From an uncultured virus (IMG/VR IMGVR_UViG_3300031998_000055) (Duplodnaviria > Heunggongvirae > Uroviricota > Caudoviricetes): DNA of 64,000 bases. The first letter of the stretch is position 1, and each line of letters begins with the position of its first letter. The notes beneath the pieces are model-generated. The model saw nothing but the letters and a program-made list of their open reading frames with translations. It was not told the origin of the DNA and ran no database searches. The stretch is from IMG/VR virus record IMGVR_UViG_3300031998_000055; one strand, written 5' to 3'. The translations under genes were made by a program, and so were the position numbers. Positions 34,352-44,569 of this stretch are shown piece by piece.

Positions 34352-36322
34352 ATGATCAGCGTCTACAGCCATTTGACCAACAACAACATGACCCAGAGGG
34401 ACGAGGAGTCCGTCAAGAGGTACGTGAAGCTCATACAATGGGGCAGATCGAACCCAGTGCAATTCGTGGAGTGGGGCCTCGGCGTCCCCTTGATGGATTA
34501 CCAGAGGTGGCTCCTCTCGATGTCATGGCTCGCGGAATACGTCGTATGGGTGTGCTCGCGAAGCGCGGGCAAATCCTTCTTATTGGGGAACCTGCTCAGC
34601 GCGAGGGCGCTGCTGTTCCCCAAGCAGAAAATAAATATAATGAGCTACGTGTCCAGGCAGGCGACCGAGACCTTCGCGACGATGGAGAACATCGTCAAGA
34701 GGAACGTCGCGGCGCTTAAGACCCGCAACACGGTCTTCATCGACGAGTTGAGGAAATCCAACGCCAACACGGACGGATTCACCCACAGCGCGAAGACGGG
34801 GAGCGAGTGCGAGCTCCTCAACGGGTCGTCGATCTCCGCCGTCGTCGGTACCGTTAAGACGGTCCGAGGCAAGAGGTCCACCTGCAACGCCTACGACGAG
34901 GCGGGCAGCATAGACAGGGAATTCTTCGACGTCACCGAGCCGTTCATGGTCCAGAGCGCGGACTTCGTCATGACCGAGGATGGGGTGAATTCCGCCATCC
35001 TCCCCAAAGGCATACCGAACCTCAGGCTCTACATAGGATCGGCTTCCGACACGGGGTCCGAGTTCTACAGGAGGTACCGCGAGGGGTTCAAGCAGATGCT
35101 CGCGGGGAATCCCCGCTACTTCGTGGCGGACATAAACTGCGACATACCGATGCATCCGACCCAGAACGGAAAGCCCAGAGAGCCATTGCTCGGGGCCGAA
35201 GAGGTCCAGAGGAAGATGCGCGAGAACGAGATACTCGCCAACCGCGAGTACTACAACATATTCGACCGCTTCAACGCGGAGGACTCTCTGGTGTCGCGCG
35301 CCGACATCAGGGACTGCTCCGACGCCTTCGTGCCGCATGTGCGGTGGGGAGGAAAGAAGCATAAATACGTGCTCTGCTACGACCCTGCGTCCAAGTCCGA
35401 CAACTCGCCCGTATTGGTGGGCGAGGTTTACAAAAACGACGACGGCATATGGGAAGGCAGAATCGTCAATCTCGTGAATCTGGTCGTGACTTACCCCGAC
35501 GGATCCCACAAGCCGATGAGGCTCGACGAGCAGCTCGCGAAGCTGAGGTCGATGATATGGGACTACAACGGGCGCGAGAAGGGCACCCCGTACGAGAACA
35601 TCATGGTCTTAGTTGATGCGGGCTCCGGCGGGCAAGCGCCCAGTTTGGCCCAGGAGCTCGTCAAGGACTGGCAGGACGAAGCGGGGATCACCCATCCCGG
35701 CATCACGGACGAGACCTGCAAGGACATGGAGAGGTGGGGGGAGGCGTTCCCCCACGCGATAAAGGAGCATTTCAGGCTCCTCGAGCCCCGCACTTACAGG
35801 AATTCATTCTTCGAATCGATGAAGGAGGAGATACCCGCCGGCCACATAAGGATGACGGTGGAGGCCCCGAAGTTCGACATCCTCGTCATAGACAAGGAGG
35901 ACGAGAAGGGAAGGGTCTACCGCGAGGAGAAGAAGCTCGGCAAGGACGAGCTCGCCGCCATGATCCAGATAGACCTCATGAAGGAGGAGGCCGTCAGCAT
36001 CGTGAAGACGAAGACCGCCGCCGGCAACGTCACTTACGGCCTGCCGCCGGAGAAGAAGAACAGGATGCACGACGACCGCGTGTACGTATTGGCGATGTTC
36101 TGCTGGTGGGTGAAGCAGCTTCAGATCGACGAGGCCCTCGGAGAGGGCCCCGCGATCGACTACCAGAAGGCATACATAGACAGGATGGCCGCAGCGGGCA
36201 AGGCGAAAGGGCAGCAACAGCAGCCCCAGATGCCGGACTCGCCCTGGGCCTCGCTCATATCGGGCGGGGGCAGGAAAAGGGCTTCGGCGAACCCATTCGC
36301 CGGATCCAAGAAGCCTTTCTGA
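34352..36322 (+). CDS. terL: terminase large subunit
   Basis: Walker A-like SRSAGKS, RGKRS...YDEAG, REY, YDPASKSDNS nuclease motif and HDDRVY. Confidence 0.9.
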   Translation: MISVYSHLTNNNMTQRDEESVKRYVKLIQWGRSNPVQFVEWGLGVPLMDYQRWLLSMSWLAEYVVWVCSRSAGKSFLLGNLLSARALLFPKQKINIMSYVSRQATETFATMENIVKRNVAALKTRNTVFIDELRKSNANTDGFTHSAKTGSECELLNGSSISAVVGTVKTVRGKRSTCNAYDEAGSIDREFFDVTEPFMVQSADFVMTEDGVNSAILPKGIPNLRLYIGSASDTGSEFYRRYREGFKQMLAGNPRYFVADINCDIPMHPTQNGKPREPLLGAEEVQRKMRENEILANREYYNIFDRFNAEDSLVSRADIRDCSDAFVPHVRWGGKKHKYVLCYDPASKSDNSPVLVGEVYKNDDGIWEGRIVNLVNLVVTYPDGSHKPMRLDEQLAKLRSMIWDYNGREKGTPYENIMVLVDAGSGGQAPSLAQELVKDWQDEAGITHPGITDETCKDMERWGEAFPHAIKEHFRLLEPRTYRNSFFESMKEEIPAGHIRMTVEAPKFDILVIDKEDEKGRVYREEKKLGKDELAAMIQIDLMKEEAVSIVKTKTAAGNVTYGLPPEKKNRMHDDRVYVLAMFCWWVKQLQIDEALGEGPAIDYQKAYIDRMAAAGKAKGQQQQPQMPDSPWASLISGGGRKRASANPFAGSKKPF

Positions 36323-36428
36323 CGCATATAGGCGCCGTTGGGAAAGCGCCCTCGCAAGAGGACGCTTGGCAATGCCGCCTAAGGCATGGGGGACCCGATC
36401 CCCGGATAGCGAAAAGGAGACGATTCTT

Positions 36429-36851
36429 ATGATAGTTTGCAAGATCATGGCCGATTTCGATTCCGCCGCCGGCGATTTCGACGGCCTGTTCAGCTCGCTC
36501 GCCCCCCTCGGGGCGATACTGTGCCCAGGCGACGCGATATTCTTCGCCTCGCCCTTGGACCCGATCGACAAGAAGAAGGTCAAGAGGCTCCTGAAGAAGG
36601 CAGGATACGCCGATTCCGTCGTGATAGAGTACGGGGTCGGGAACCCTCCGAAGGAATCCCCAGACATCAACGGGTGGATCTTCGATTTCGTGACCCAGAA
36701 CGCCATAACGCGGCTCGGGAGGGACAATCGGGAGGCCATCCGGGAAGGGATGCAGCAGCTGGACGAGATAGACTCCCTGATAGCGAAGGAGCTCGGCTCA
36801 TTGCCGGAGCCGCCGGAGCCGGAAGGGGAAGGAGAAGAGACGGAGGATTAG
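36429..36851 (+). CDS. hypothetical protein
   Basis: Start refined to MIVCKI after AAAAGGAG. Confidence 0.6.
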   Translation: MIVCKIMADFDSAAGDFDGLFSSLAPLGAILCPGDAIFFASPLDPIDKKKVKRLLKKAGYADSVVIEYGVGNPPKESPDINGWIFDFVTQNAITRLGRDNREAIREGMQQLDEIDSLIAKELGSLPEPPEPEGEGEETED

Positions 36852-36854
36852 CGA

Positions 36855-38795
36855 ATGGCCGAAGAAACCAAAAAGAAGAAGCGCGGAAGGCCAAAATCCC
36901 CCGCGCAGGAAGGCAGCGTGCTCGATGAGCCCGGGAACCAGCCCCTCATGATGGAGGAAGGCCCCTCGGTAGAGGCGCTGTCGCGCAGATGGAGGGACAC
37001 CTTCGTCAACATAATGAACCTCAGCAGCAGGGGCGTCGACGTGACGAATTACCTGTATGCGTGGAACAGGGCGAACCCGTTCGTCCAGAACCAGAGGGTC
37101 AAGGGGCTATCCGCGCAGCCCGGGACCTATCCCAAGGAGCAGCTCGCGAAGTTCGCGGCCAACCCCGGGTCGAGCGAGTACCAGCTCCGCTCTGCGGCGA
37201 TGTCGGCTTCGTCCTCGCAGCAGATATACTACAACATACTGCGCAGGTCGTGCGACGTGCCGCTGTACAACTACTTCGTCATCCCCGAGAACCTCGGCGG
37301 GGACGGGGATCCGTATTCCAAGGACGAATTCCGCGCGGAGGCTGCGCTCGCCGATGATTGGCTCGCCACCCTCAACGTCCCGAATTCGCTCAAGAACATA
37401 GCCCTCCAGGTCAAGAGGGAGGGCAAATGCTCCTATATAATGCGCACGCGCATGTCGGGCTCCGGGAAATCCCGCAAGACCGATTACGCGGCGTTCGAGA
37501 AGCTGCCGACCGACTGGATCAAGATCACGGGCATCGGGCAGCTCGGCTACACCGTCTCATTCGATTTCTCGTATTTCCTGCAGATCGGCAACGATCCCGC
37601 GTTTTTCGGCGAATTCTTCGTCGCCGCGTGGGAGGACATGCTGTCCAAGGGGATAGTCCGGGACGGGACCGACGGCAAGAAGGTCCTCGACGTGTCCATG
37701 GCCAGGAACTACAAATTCGATTGGAACGGGGCGACGATGTCCTCGTCCATAGAGTCGAGGATGGTCGACAGGATGCAGGAGAGGTTCATCTTCTGGATCA
37801 CCTTGCCATTCGATCTGGCGTACACGTTCGCGAGCGACAATTCCGTGCCGTTCGTGGCGCCGGACACTATAGGGCTTCTGCAGAAGCTGCAGGAGCTCAC
37901 CGACTACGGCACGCTGGCGGGCCTGATCGCCAGCACCCCCCTCACGGCGGTCCTCACGGGCGAAGCCGAGTTCATAGAGGGGGCCAGGGCGAACAAGAAC
38001 GAGACGAAGATCGCGCCTGAGGTCCTGATGGGGCTCCAGACGATGTTCAACTCGATGACCTCGTCCAACGTCGAGGCGTACTTCATGCCGCTGAAGAACA
38101 TTAAGCTCCAGCAGCTGAACGCCGACGTCAACTCAAGCGACATCACCACCCGCGCCATGGAGAACCTAGTGTCCTACGCCGGCGAGGGGGGTTTGACGAT
38201 CACCACCAACAAGCCAAGCATCGCGCAGGTCAGGGCTGCGGAGAAGCTCGTCGCCGAGCAGCAGAGGTACGTCACCCTGCAGATCGAGAACGTGCTGAAC
38301 TACATCCTGAGGTACGGGCTTGGGTTCAAGCATAGGTGGAAGGTCAGGATATGGGGAGACATCTTCTTCGCGGACGACGAGAAGTCCTTCGTGAAGGAGC
38401 AGGTCCAGGCGGGCAACCTCGCCCTCCTCCCCAAGCTCATGTCCGGAGAGGGCATAAGCATGACCGACGCCGAGGCGCTGACGAGATACGTCGCGAGCCT
38501 CGGCATATACGACTTGTTCCGCACCATGACCATGGATAGGGCCCACGAGCTCAAGGTCGAGGACGCGGGAGAGGATCAGGAGGGCGGAACCGGCAAAGTC
38601 GGGCGCCCAGCCATCCCCGAAGGGCAGATAACCTCGGACGCCACCGGGGTCTCAAGGGATTCCGGCTCCAATACCGCCGCCGGCCGCGAGACGGCCGAGG
38701 CGATGTGCCCCATCTGCCATGAAAGGCATGTGGAGGAAGGCGAAAGGATATGTGAGCATTGCCTCGAGGAGATCCTCGAGGACCATGCCGAGTGA
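36855..38795 (+). CDS. portal protein (SPbeta YonE-like position)
   Basis: 646 aa after TerL; LPTDWIKI...FDFSYF; C-terminal GRP. Confidence 0.75.
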   Translation: MAEETKKKKRGRPKSPAQEGSVLDEPGNQPLMMEEGPSVEALSRRWRDTFVNIMNLSSRGVDVTNYLYAWNRANPFVQNQRVKGLSAQPGTYPKEQLAKFAANPGSSEYQLRSAAMSASSSQQIYYNILRRSCDVPLYNYFVIPENLGGDGDPYSKDEFRAEAALADDWLATLNVPNSLKNIALQVKREGKCSYIMRTRMSGSGKSRKTDYAAFEKLPTDWIKITGIGQLGYTVSFDFSYFLQIGNDPAFFGEFFVAAWEDMLSKGIVRDGTDGKKVLDVSMARNYKFDWNGATMSSSIESRMVDRMQERFIFWITLPFDLAYTFASDNSVPFVAPDTIGLLQKLQELTDYGTLAGLIASTPLTAVLTGEAEFIEGARANKNETKIAPEVLMGLQTMFNSMTSSNVEAYFMPLKNIKLQQLNADVNSSDITTRAMENLVSYAGEGGLTITTNKPSIAQVRAAEKLVAEQQRYVTLQIENVLNYILRYGLGFKHRWKVRIWGDIFFADDEKSFVKEQVQAGNLALLPKLMSGEGISMTDAEALTRYVASLGIYDLFRTMTMDRAHELKVEDAGEDQEGGTGKVGRPAIPEGQITSDATGVSRDSGSNTAAGRETAEAMCPICHERHVEEGERICEHCLEEILEDHAE

Positions 38796-38812
38796 TCGGA
38801 GGATAATCGCTT

Positions 38813-39298
38813 ATGGACAATCAGACAACCGAGATGATGAACAGGTATCTGCAGTTCCTATTCAACGGGAACGCGATAATCGACAACATCTGCTATAACC
38901 TCAAGCACCGCAACTACGCGCGGCTCGAAAGCGCCGTGCACGGGCCGGTCGCCCATCTCATGGGCGCATGGGCCGATGAGGTTTCAGACCTGATGGACGA
39001 GCTCGAGGCCCGTCCCGTCAGATACGCGCTGCCGGACAACGTCGAGGAGATGGAGCCCGAGCAGTGCTTCGAGAGGCTCGTCGCCTATTTCGACGAGCTT
39101 CGCGGCATCACGGCGAAAGCCATCTCCGCCGCAGAGGATTCGGGGGAGATCGAGGTCAAGGTCTTCTTCGAGAATTTCATGACCGAGAAGGTGCTCCCTT
39201 ACCGCAAGCAGGCCATCGAATGGCGCGACGCGGTGAAATCGATAGGCGCGGATTCCCTCAACGTGCATATCGGGGATTACACCTCATACATCAAATAA
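38813..39298 (+). CDS. ferritin/Dps-like four-helix protein
   Basis: 161 aa; H...AH...ADEVSD and EVKVFFENF helical pattern. Confidence 0.5.
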   Translation: MDNQTTEMMNRYLQFLFNGNAIIDNICYNLKHRNYARLESAVHGPVAHLMGAWADEVSDLMDELEARPVRYALPDNVEEMEPEQCFERLVAYFDELRGITAKAISAAEDSGEIEVKVFFENFMTEKVLPYRKQAIEWRDAVKSIGADSLNVHIGDYTSYIK

Positions 39299-39299
39299 G

Positions 39300-40127
39300 A
39301 TGCCCCTTTCATATGAGGCCGTGTTCAACCCTGATTGGGTGAAATACGGCATCGAGGGCGCTATCTTCCTCGCCGCCATTGTGATAATGTTCGTCCTCTA
39401 CAACATGACCAAGAAGGGCAATGAGTCCTTCCAGGATCAGATGACGAAGAGGCAGGATGCGCAGGATCAGGCGATGGCCGAGAGGCAGAAGCAGCAGGAT
39501 GAGAGGGCGAAGCAGCAGGACGAGAAGTTCGCCATGGCCTTGGAGGCCCTGATAAAGGGGCAGTCGCATATCCACTCCCAGGAGGAGGAGACGGCGACGT
39601 CCAAGTTCACGAACTTCGTGCATATGAACCTCGAGAAGCTCGTCAAGGGCATAAAATGCTCGCGCGCGTACTTCGTTATATACCATAACGGCGCGTGGAG
39701 CAACAACGGCATCAGCCTTCCCAAGATGTCGCTGATAAACGAGGCTTATGAGGACTACGGCATGGAGCCGCTGATGCCTCAGCTGCAATCCATACCGAGG
39801 GGGTTCCTCCCCGCGCTGGACTCCATTTTGGAGAAAGATGGGAGGGTATTCTACCGGGACATCGAGAAGTTCCGGGAGAAGGATCCGATAACGTATTCCT
39901 GGCTCACGTCCCATGGGACGAAGTCGGTAGCGATATTCCCGGTGAGGGATGTGTGCAAGGATTACGATATAGGGTTCGTGGTGGCCGAATACTACGGGGA
40001 GATCCCCGAGGGCATCACGGACAAGGCGATCAAGATCCACACCTCGAAGGTGGCGGAGGGGATCGCCGCCGCGGCGTGCTTCACCAATGAGGATGAGAAG
40101 CTGGCTGCGGGGCATAAGGCCCAATGA
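39300..40127 (+). CDS. membrane protein with coiled coil and GAF-like domain
   Basis: One N-terminal TM helix; RAYFVIYHNG...KMSLINE...IGFVVAEY. Confidence 0.6.
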   Translation: MPLSYEAVFNPDWVKYGIEGAIFLAAIVIMFVLYNMTKKGNESFQDQMTKRQDAQDQAMAERQKQQDERAKQQDEKFAMALEALIKGQSHIHSQEEETATSKFTNFVHMNLEKLVKGIKCSRAYFVIYHNGAWSNNGISLPKMSLINEAYEDYGMEPLMPQLQSIPRGFLPALDSILEKDGRVFYRDIEKFREKDPITYSWLTSHGTKSVAIFPVRDVCKDYDIGFVVAEYYGEIPEGITDKAIKIHTSKVAEGIAAAACFTNEDEKLAAGHKAQ

Positions 40128-40143
40128 CAGGAGGAGGGGCGAC

Positions 40144-41841
40144 ATGAAGAAGATGTTTTTGGAAGCCGACCCGAATCAGGTCGAGATAAAGAAGCTGCTC
40201 GGAAAGGATTTCCTGGAGCTGTCCATGAGGACCGTTAGCTCCGCCAATCCGAACAGGAACGGGTCGTGGTTCACCCAGGAAGCGCAGGAGAAGGCGTTGG
40301 CGTCTTACGACGACAAGCCGATCCTGGCCTACTTCGAGAACGGCGACTTCGTCAGCCACAACGGCGAATGGAAGAACGATCCCGGCACCGGGATGGACTT
40401 CTGGGACACCCTGGGGGCCAGGGGGGAAAGGCCGATAGGCACCATACGCGGGAAAGACAGGAAGGAAGTCGTCTACGACGAGGAAACCGGCCTGTACTGG
40501 ACGGAGATAACGTGCGCCCTGTGGACGCAATACTCCTACCGCCAGGTGAAGAGGCTCATAGAGGACGCCAAGAAGGCGGCCTTGACCGGAGGCCCGACGA
40601 AGAACATCTCCGTCGAGGTCGACATAACCGATTACGAGGAGCTCCCGAACGGGGTCCTCAAGATCAACGATTACGTTCTGCAGGGAATCACCATCCTTGG
40701 TTCCCGCAACGGAAAGAAAGTGGAGCCCGGCATCGAAGGGGCGCAGCTCTCCGTGCTGGATGTGATTTCCAGCAACCTTTACGAGAGGCAGCGCCACGCC
40801 CTCATGCAAGCGTATGAGGCATTGGATGCCACGCTCCGAACCAAGGAGGAAAACCCAATGGAAGACAACCAGGATCTAGGGCAGTTCGAGGACAAGAAGC
40901 CCGAAGACGAAAAGCCTGAGGACAAACCTGAGGACAAGCCTGAGGATAAGCCTGAAGACAAGCCCGAGGATAAGAAACCTGAGGACAAGCCCGAGAATAA
41001 CGAGGCCCATGAAGGCGATCCAGCCCATGAGGATGAATCGAAGCCAGAGAACTTCGACGTCGTCCCCGAAGGCGAGGAGCCTAAAGTCGACCCTCAGTCC
41101 CAGATCATCTGCGACCTCGCATGGATGATCGACCGCGAGAACTACGCGGCCATGGACTGCGACAGGGCCATCGAGCATTATGAGGAGCTGGATGACAGCT
41201 TCCCCGGAAAGAAGCTCATCTTGAACACCCTCAAGCGCATGAAGGCGTGCGCTTTGGAGAACGTAGCCGAACTAGGAAGCCTTCTGGCCGTCGTCAGCGC
41301 CGAAGGATTCTCCGAAGATCCGGAGAAAGAGGAGTTCGAGTGCAAGCTCGCCGAGCATTGCTCGCTTCCTGAGCTCTATGCTGAGTTCTGCAGGATGCAG
41401 GAGGAATGCAAATCGTACCGCGAGAAATGCGAATCCTATGAGGCCCCATGCCCCGAATGCGGGGAGAACCCATGCGTCTGCGAGAAGAAGAAGCTCGAGG
41501 CGCTGCAGGCCGAGTTCGATAAGCTCATGGAGGAGAAGAAGCAATTGGAGTTCTCCGCCTTCATGGAGAAGGCCGAATCGAAGATCGAAGAGGCGAAGGG
41601 CCATCTCGGCGAAGAAGCCGCGAAAGCCCTGTTGGAGCGCTGCGAGAAGAAGGAAATCGATACCTTCGAGGCGCTCGAAAGCGAGATCGCGCTTGCCGTC
41701 GGCAAGATCGCGCTCTCCACACCAAGAGCCAATAATGCGTATATCGCGCCGTTGACCACCGTCCCGAACATGGGCGACAAGGAAGCCGAAGCCGTGTCGC
41801 GCGACCCGTTCGTGAGGATGGGGTACAAGGCGAAGAAATAA
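40144..41841 (+). CDS. prohead protease/scaffold fusion
   Basis: NRNGSWF, KPIL, SHNG, ISVEV and GITILG...VEPGIEGA; acidic coiled-coil C-terminus. Confidence 0.8.
   Translation: MKKMFLEADPNQVEIKKLLGKDFLELSMRTVSSANPNRNGSWFTQEAQEKALASYDDKPILAYFENGDFVSHNGEWKNDPGTGMDFWDTLGARGERPIGTIRGKDRKEVVYDEETGLYWTEITCALWTQYSYRQVKRLIEDAKKAALTGGPTKNISVEVDITDYEELPNGVLKINDYVLQGITILGSRNGKKVEPGIEGAQLSVLDVISSNLYERQRHALMQAYEALDATLRTKEENPMEDNQDLGQFEDKKPEDEKPEDKPEDKPEDKPEDKPEDKKPEDKPENNEAHEGDPAHEDESKPENFDVVPEGEEPKVDPQSQIICDLAWMIDRENYAAMDCDRAIEHYEELDDSFPGKKLILNTLKRMKACALENVAELGSLLAVVSAEGFSEDPEKEEFECKLAEHCSLPELYAEFCRMQEECKSYREKCESYEAPCPECGENPCVCEKKKLEALQAEFDKLMEEKKQLEFSAFMEKAESKIEEAKGHLGEEAAKALLERCEKKEIDTFEALESEIALAVGKIALSTPRANNAYIAPLTTVPNMGDKEAEAVSRDPFVRMGYKAKK
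40888..40995 (+). repeat. imperfect 12-bp tandem repeat encoding (KPED)n
   Basis: GAGGACAAGCCT-like units. Confidence 0.85.
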
Positions 41842-41879
41842 GCATTTTGGAACATAAAACAAAGGAGATATAGACAATT

Positions 41880-42443
41880 ATGGCTATTCAAAATTTATTC
41901 CATGCCGGAAAGATGGCCAGCCAGGATGTCCGCACTTTCCTTGCCGGAGCCATCGTCCTCGACGAGAACGATGATCCGATCGAAGCCCCGGACGGCGGCT
42001 TGGTCGAGCTCGGCAACCTCCATGCGGATGACACCTATTCCGCCACTGGTCTCGAATATGACGTCTACGACGCCAAAGCTCCCGCCGCTGAACCCAAGGA
42101 CCTCGCCCTCATCGACTATGCTGGCGTTTCCCAAGGCGAAATCGGCGAGAACGAATACAAAATCGGCCTCAAGCTCTATGGCTTGAAGGTCCCCGCCGGA
42201 CAGGTCACCCGCGTCCGTCGCCCCGCCCTCCACGACAAGTTCTGGCTCGGCGAAGCCAACTTCAAGACCGAGCCTGCCATCGGAGATGGCTATGGCATCT
42301 CGGCCGGCGAATTCACCCACGCCAAAGTCGCTGACGAATCTCAGCACGACGGATACATGATCCGCGTCCAGATCGCCCGCGAGCTCACCACTGGCATGCG
42401 CAGCCAAGGTCACATGTACCTTGTCGAAGTCGTCGCTCTTTAA
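41880..42443 (+). CDS. capsid decoration/cement protein
   Basis: 187 aa between scaffold and capsid genes, with strongly biased codon use. Confidence 0.65.
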   Translation: MAIQNLFHAGKMASQDVRTFLAGAIVLDENDDPIEAPDGGLVELGNLHADDTYSATGLEYDVYDAKAPAAEPKDLALIDYAGVSQGEIGENEYKIGLKLYGLKVPAGQVTRVRRPALHDKFWLGEANFKTEPAIGDGYGISAGEFTHAKVADESQHDGYMIRVQIARELTTGMRSQGHMYLVEVVAL

Positions 42444-42464
42444 TCTAACGGAGGTACAGACATT

Positions 42465-43580
42465 ATGATCAAGCAGTTCTCTTACAACGCCTCCGCCGTC
42501 GACACCCAAGAGGCGATCGACATCATCGAAGGCTCCCTCGCTTTGGCCCGCCAGACCTATGGCAATGCCAAAGCCTCTGACTATGACGCCAAGAACACCG
42601 TTCTTTGCAACGCCATGGCCAAATACGCCATCTTGGACACCAAGTTCGCGTCCCGCATCAGCCAGCTTCCCGAAGAGGAGCAAGGCGAAGCCGCCCGTAA
42701 GCTCTTCTCCGAGGCTCAGGTCCGCGCGAACCCCGTCGTCCGCTCCAACTTTGAGATCGTCCTCGCCCAGGTCGTCAACGCGATCATCCCCGAGGTCTCC
42801 AATGACATCTTCTCCCGCTTCATCGCGGAAGTCCGTCAGATCGGTTTCGGCGACACCGCCGACTTCAAGATCGAGAGCAACGATCTCTTCGCAGTCAAGG
42901 AAATCGCCGAAGGCATCCGTGACAGCGTCAGCCAGCCTATGTACGATGACGAGTTCACCGTCCATACCCATGCTGTCGCCATCCAATCCCACATCGATTG
43001 GTATCCGTTCGCCGCAGGCCGCTTCGACATGGGCTACTATGCCGTCAAAGTCGCGCGCTCCTATGCTGCCTACGTCTTCATCAAGGCCGTCAAAGGCTTG
43101 ACCGCCGCCACCACCCTCTATGGCGCTGCCTATGAGATCAACGGCGTCGCGGCCGACGACTGGACCAAGCTCGCCCAGCGCGTCAAAGCCGCCAACGGCG
43201 GAATGAACGTCATCGCCATCGGCACCAAAGTCGCCCTCTCCAACGTTGTCCTCAACGGCAACTTCCAGGTTGAGGTCGGCGAGGAAATGAACAAAGTCGG
43301 CTACCTCGATCAGTTCCAGGGCATCCCCTTGATCGCCATCGACAACGTCTTGGTCCCCGGCACCGTCAATTCCACCGGCACCTTCGTCCTCCCCGATGAC
43401 CGCATCTACATGATCCCGGTCGCAGGCGACAAGCCCGTCAAGATCGTCTTCGAAGGAAACCAGATCTCCATCACCGAAGATCCCAAAGATACCACCGACG
43501 TCCGTCTTGGCCTCATCACCAATATGAGGTGTGGAGTGAGCGCCATAGTTGGCTCGAAGTGCGGAACTGTCAAGCTTTAA
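42465..43580 (+). CDS. major capsid protein
   Basis: 371 aa; position and biased codon use; FIAEVRQIGFGD and KPVKIVFEG. Confidence 0.8.
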   Translation: MIKQFSYNASAVDTQEAIDIIEGSLALARQTYGNAKASDYDAKNTVLCNAMAKYAILDTKFASRISQLPEEEQGEAARKLFSEAQVRANPVVRSNFEIVLAQVVNAIIPEVSNDIFSRFIAEVRQIGFGDTADFKIESNDLFAVKEIAEGIRDSVSQPMYDDEFTVHTHAVAIQSHIDWYPFAAGRFDMGYYAVKVARSYAAYVFIKAVKGLTAATTLYGAAYEINGVAADDWTKLAQRVKAANGGMNVIAIGTKVALSNVVLNGNFQVEVGEEMNKVGYLDQFQGIPLIAIDNVLVPGTVNSTGTFVLPDDRIYMIPVAGDKPVKIVFEGNQISITEDPKDTTDVRLGLITNMRCGVSAIVGSKCGTVKL

Positions 43581-43680
43581 TTTTAGAACTTGACATTTAA
43601 TCGTAGTTTTTCATAGATTTTTCGCAAAAATCTTTTATTCTCTGATGGTCAATTCATCATTACTTAATTAATTGGTTTTC

Positions 43681-43709
43681 GGCCCTCTTCCCCGATCGGG
43701 AGGAGGGCC
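43681..43709 (+). other. GC-rich stem-loop downstream of the capsid gene
   Basis: GGCCCTCTTCCC...GGGAGGAGGGCC. Confidence 0.5.
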
Positions 43710-43769
43710 GGATTCGGATTTTCCCCATTTATATGAGGAAACTTGAGGAAGCAAAAGGAGGAATCTCGA

Positions 43770-44519
43770 ATGTCCGAAAACAAAAAGAAACCCGTCCCCG
43801 TCTCGGTTGAGGAACTAGCCCCCGAGGTCGAGGACATAGCCGCTCCCGAATCTAACCCCGCCCAAATCGCGGTCACGCAGGATGTCTTGAATGAGCTCAT
43901 CGCCAAGGCGGTGGCCCAGGCCCTCGCCGCCCAGAAGGCGGAAAGCGACGGGAAGATAGCGGAATTGGAAGCGAAGCTCGCGGCCAAGGAAATCGCCAAG
44001 ACGGCGAATCCCGGAGGCGATTACGTGACCCTCGTCTACCTCTCCGACTCCCCAGGCATCCTGAACAAGGTGCCGGGGATCACATTGCGCTGCACCCACT
44101 ACGGCGAGGAGTTCTCCTTGCCGAGGTATCAGTTCGACCAGATCGTCGGCGTATACCGCCCCTGGTTCGACGAAGGCATCCTAGCGGTCTCCCGCGACGA
44201 TATCGGGGTTGCGGCCAAGAAGGGCTTGCGCACCCAGGACGAATACGCTTTGAAGCCGTCCGTCCTCAACCGCTTGGGCACCATGTCCATCGATGAGCTC
44301 AAGAAGACCTGGAAGGCATGCGTCAATGAGAACGAGCGCCTTTCCATGATATTCTATTACAAGCGCAAATTCATCGAGGGCAAAGAGCCCGGTTTCCGCG
44401 AGACCGAAAGGGTCCTCGCGATGAACGCCCTCACGAATCAGGGATTCGCGAGGGAGGCAATCGAGATTTCCGGAGCTCCCACCAAAATCCAGCCACGCGA
44501 CTTCATGTCGATCAAGTGA
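43770..44519 (+). CDS. head-associated hypothetical protein
   Basis: Start refined to MSENKK after AAAAGGAGG. Confidence 0.65.
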   Translation: MSENKKKPVPVSVEELAPEVEDIAAPESNPAQIAVTQDVLNELIAKAVAQALAAQKAESDGKIAELEAKLAAKEIAKTANPGGDYVTLVYLSDSPGILNKVPGITLRCTHYGEEFSLPRYQFDQIVGVYRPWFDEGILAVSRDDIGVAAKKGLRTQDEYALKPSVLNRLGTMSIDELKKTWKACVNENERLSMIFYYKRKFIEGKEPGFRETERVLAMNALTNQGFAREAIEISGAPTKIQPRDFMSIK

Positions 44520-44569
44520 TTTTGGCCGATCAGGGAAAATCTCTAAGATCAGCACGATAGGAGGGATCT

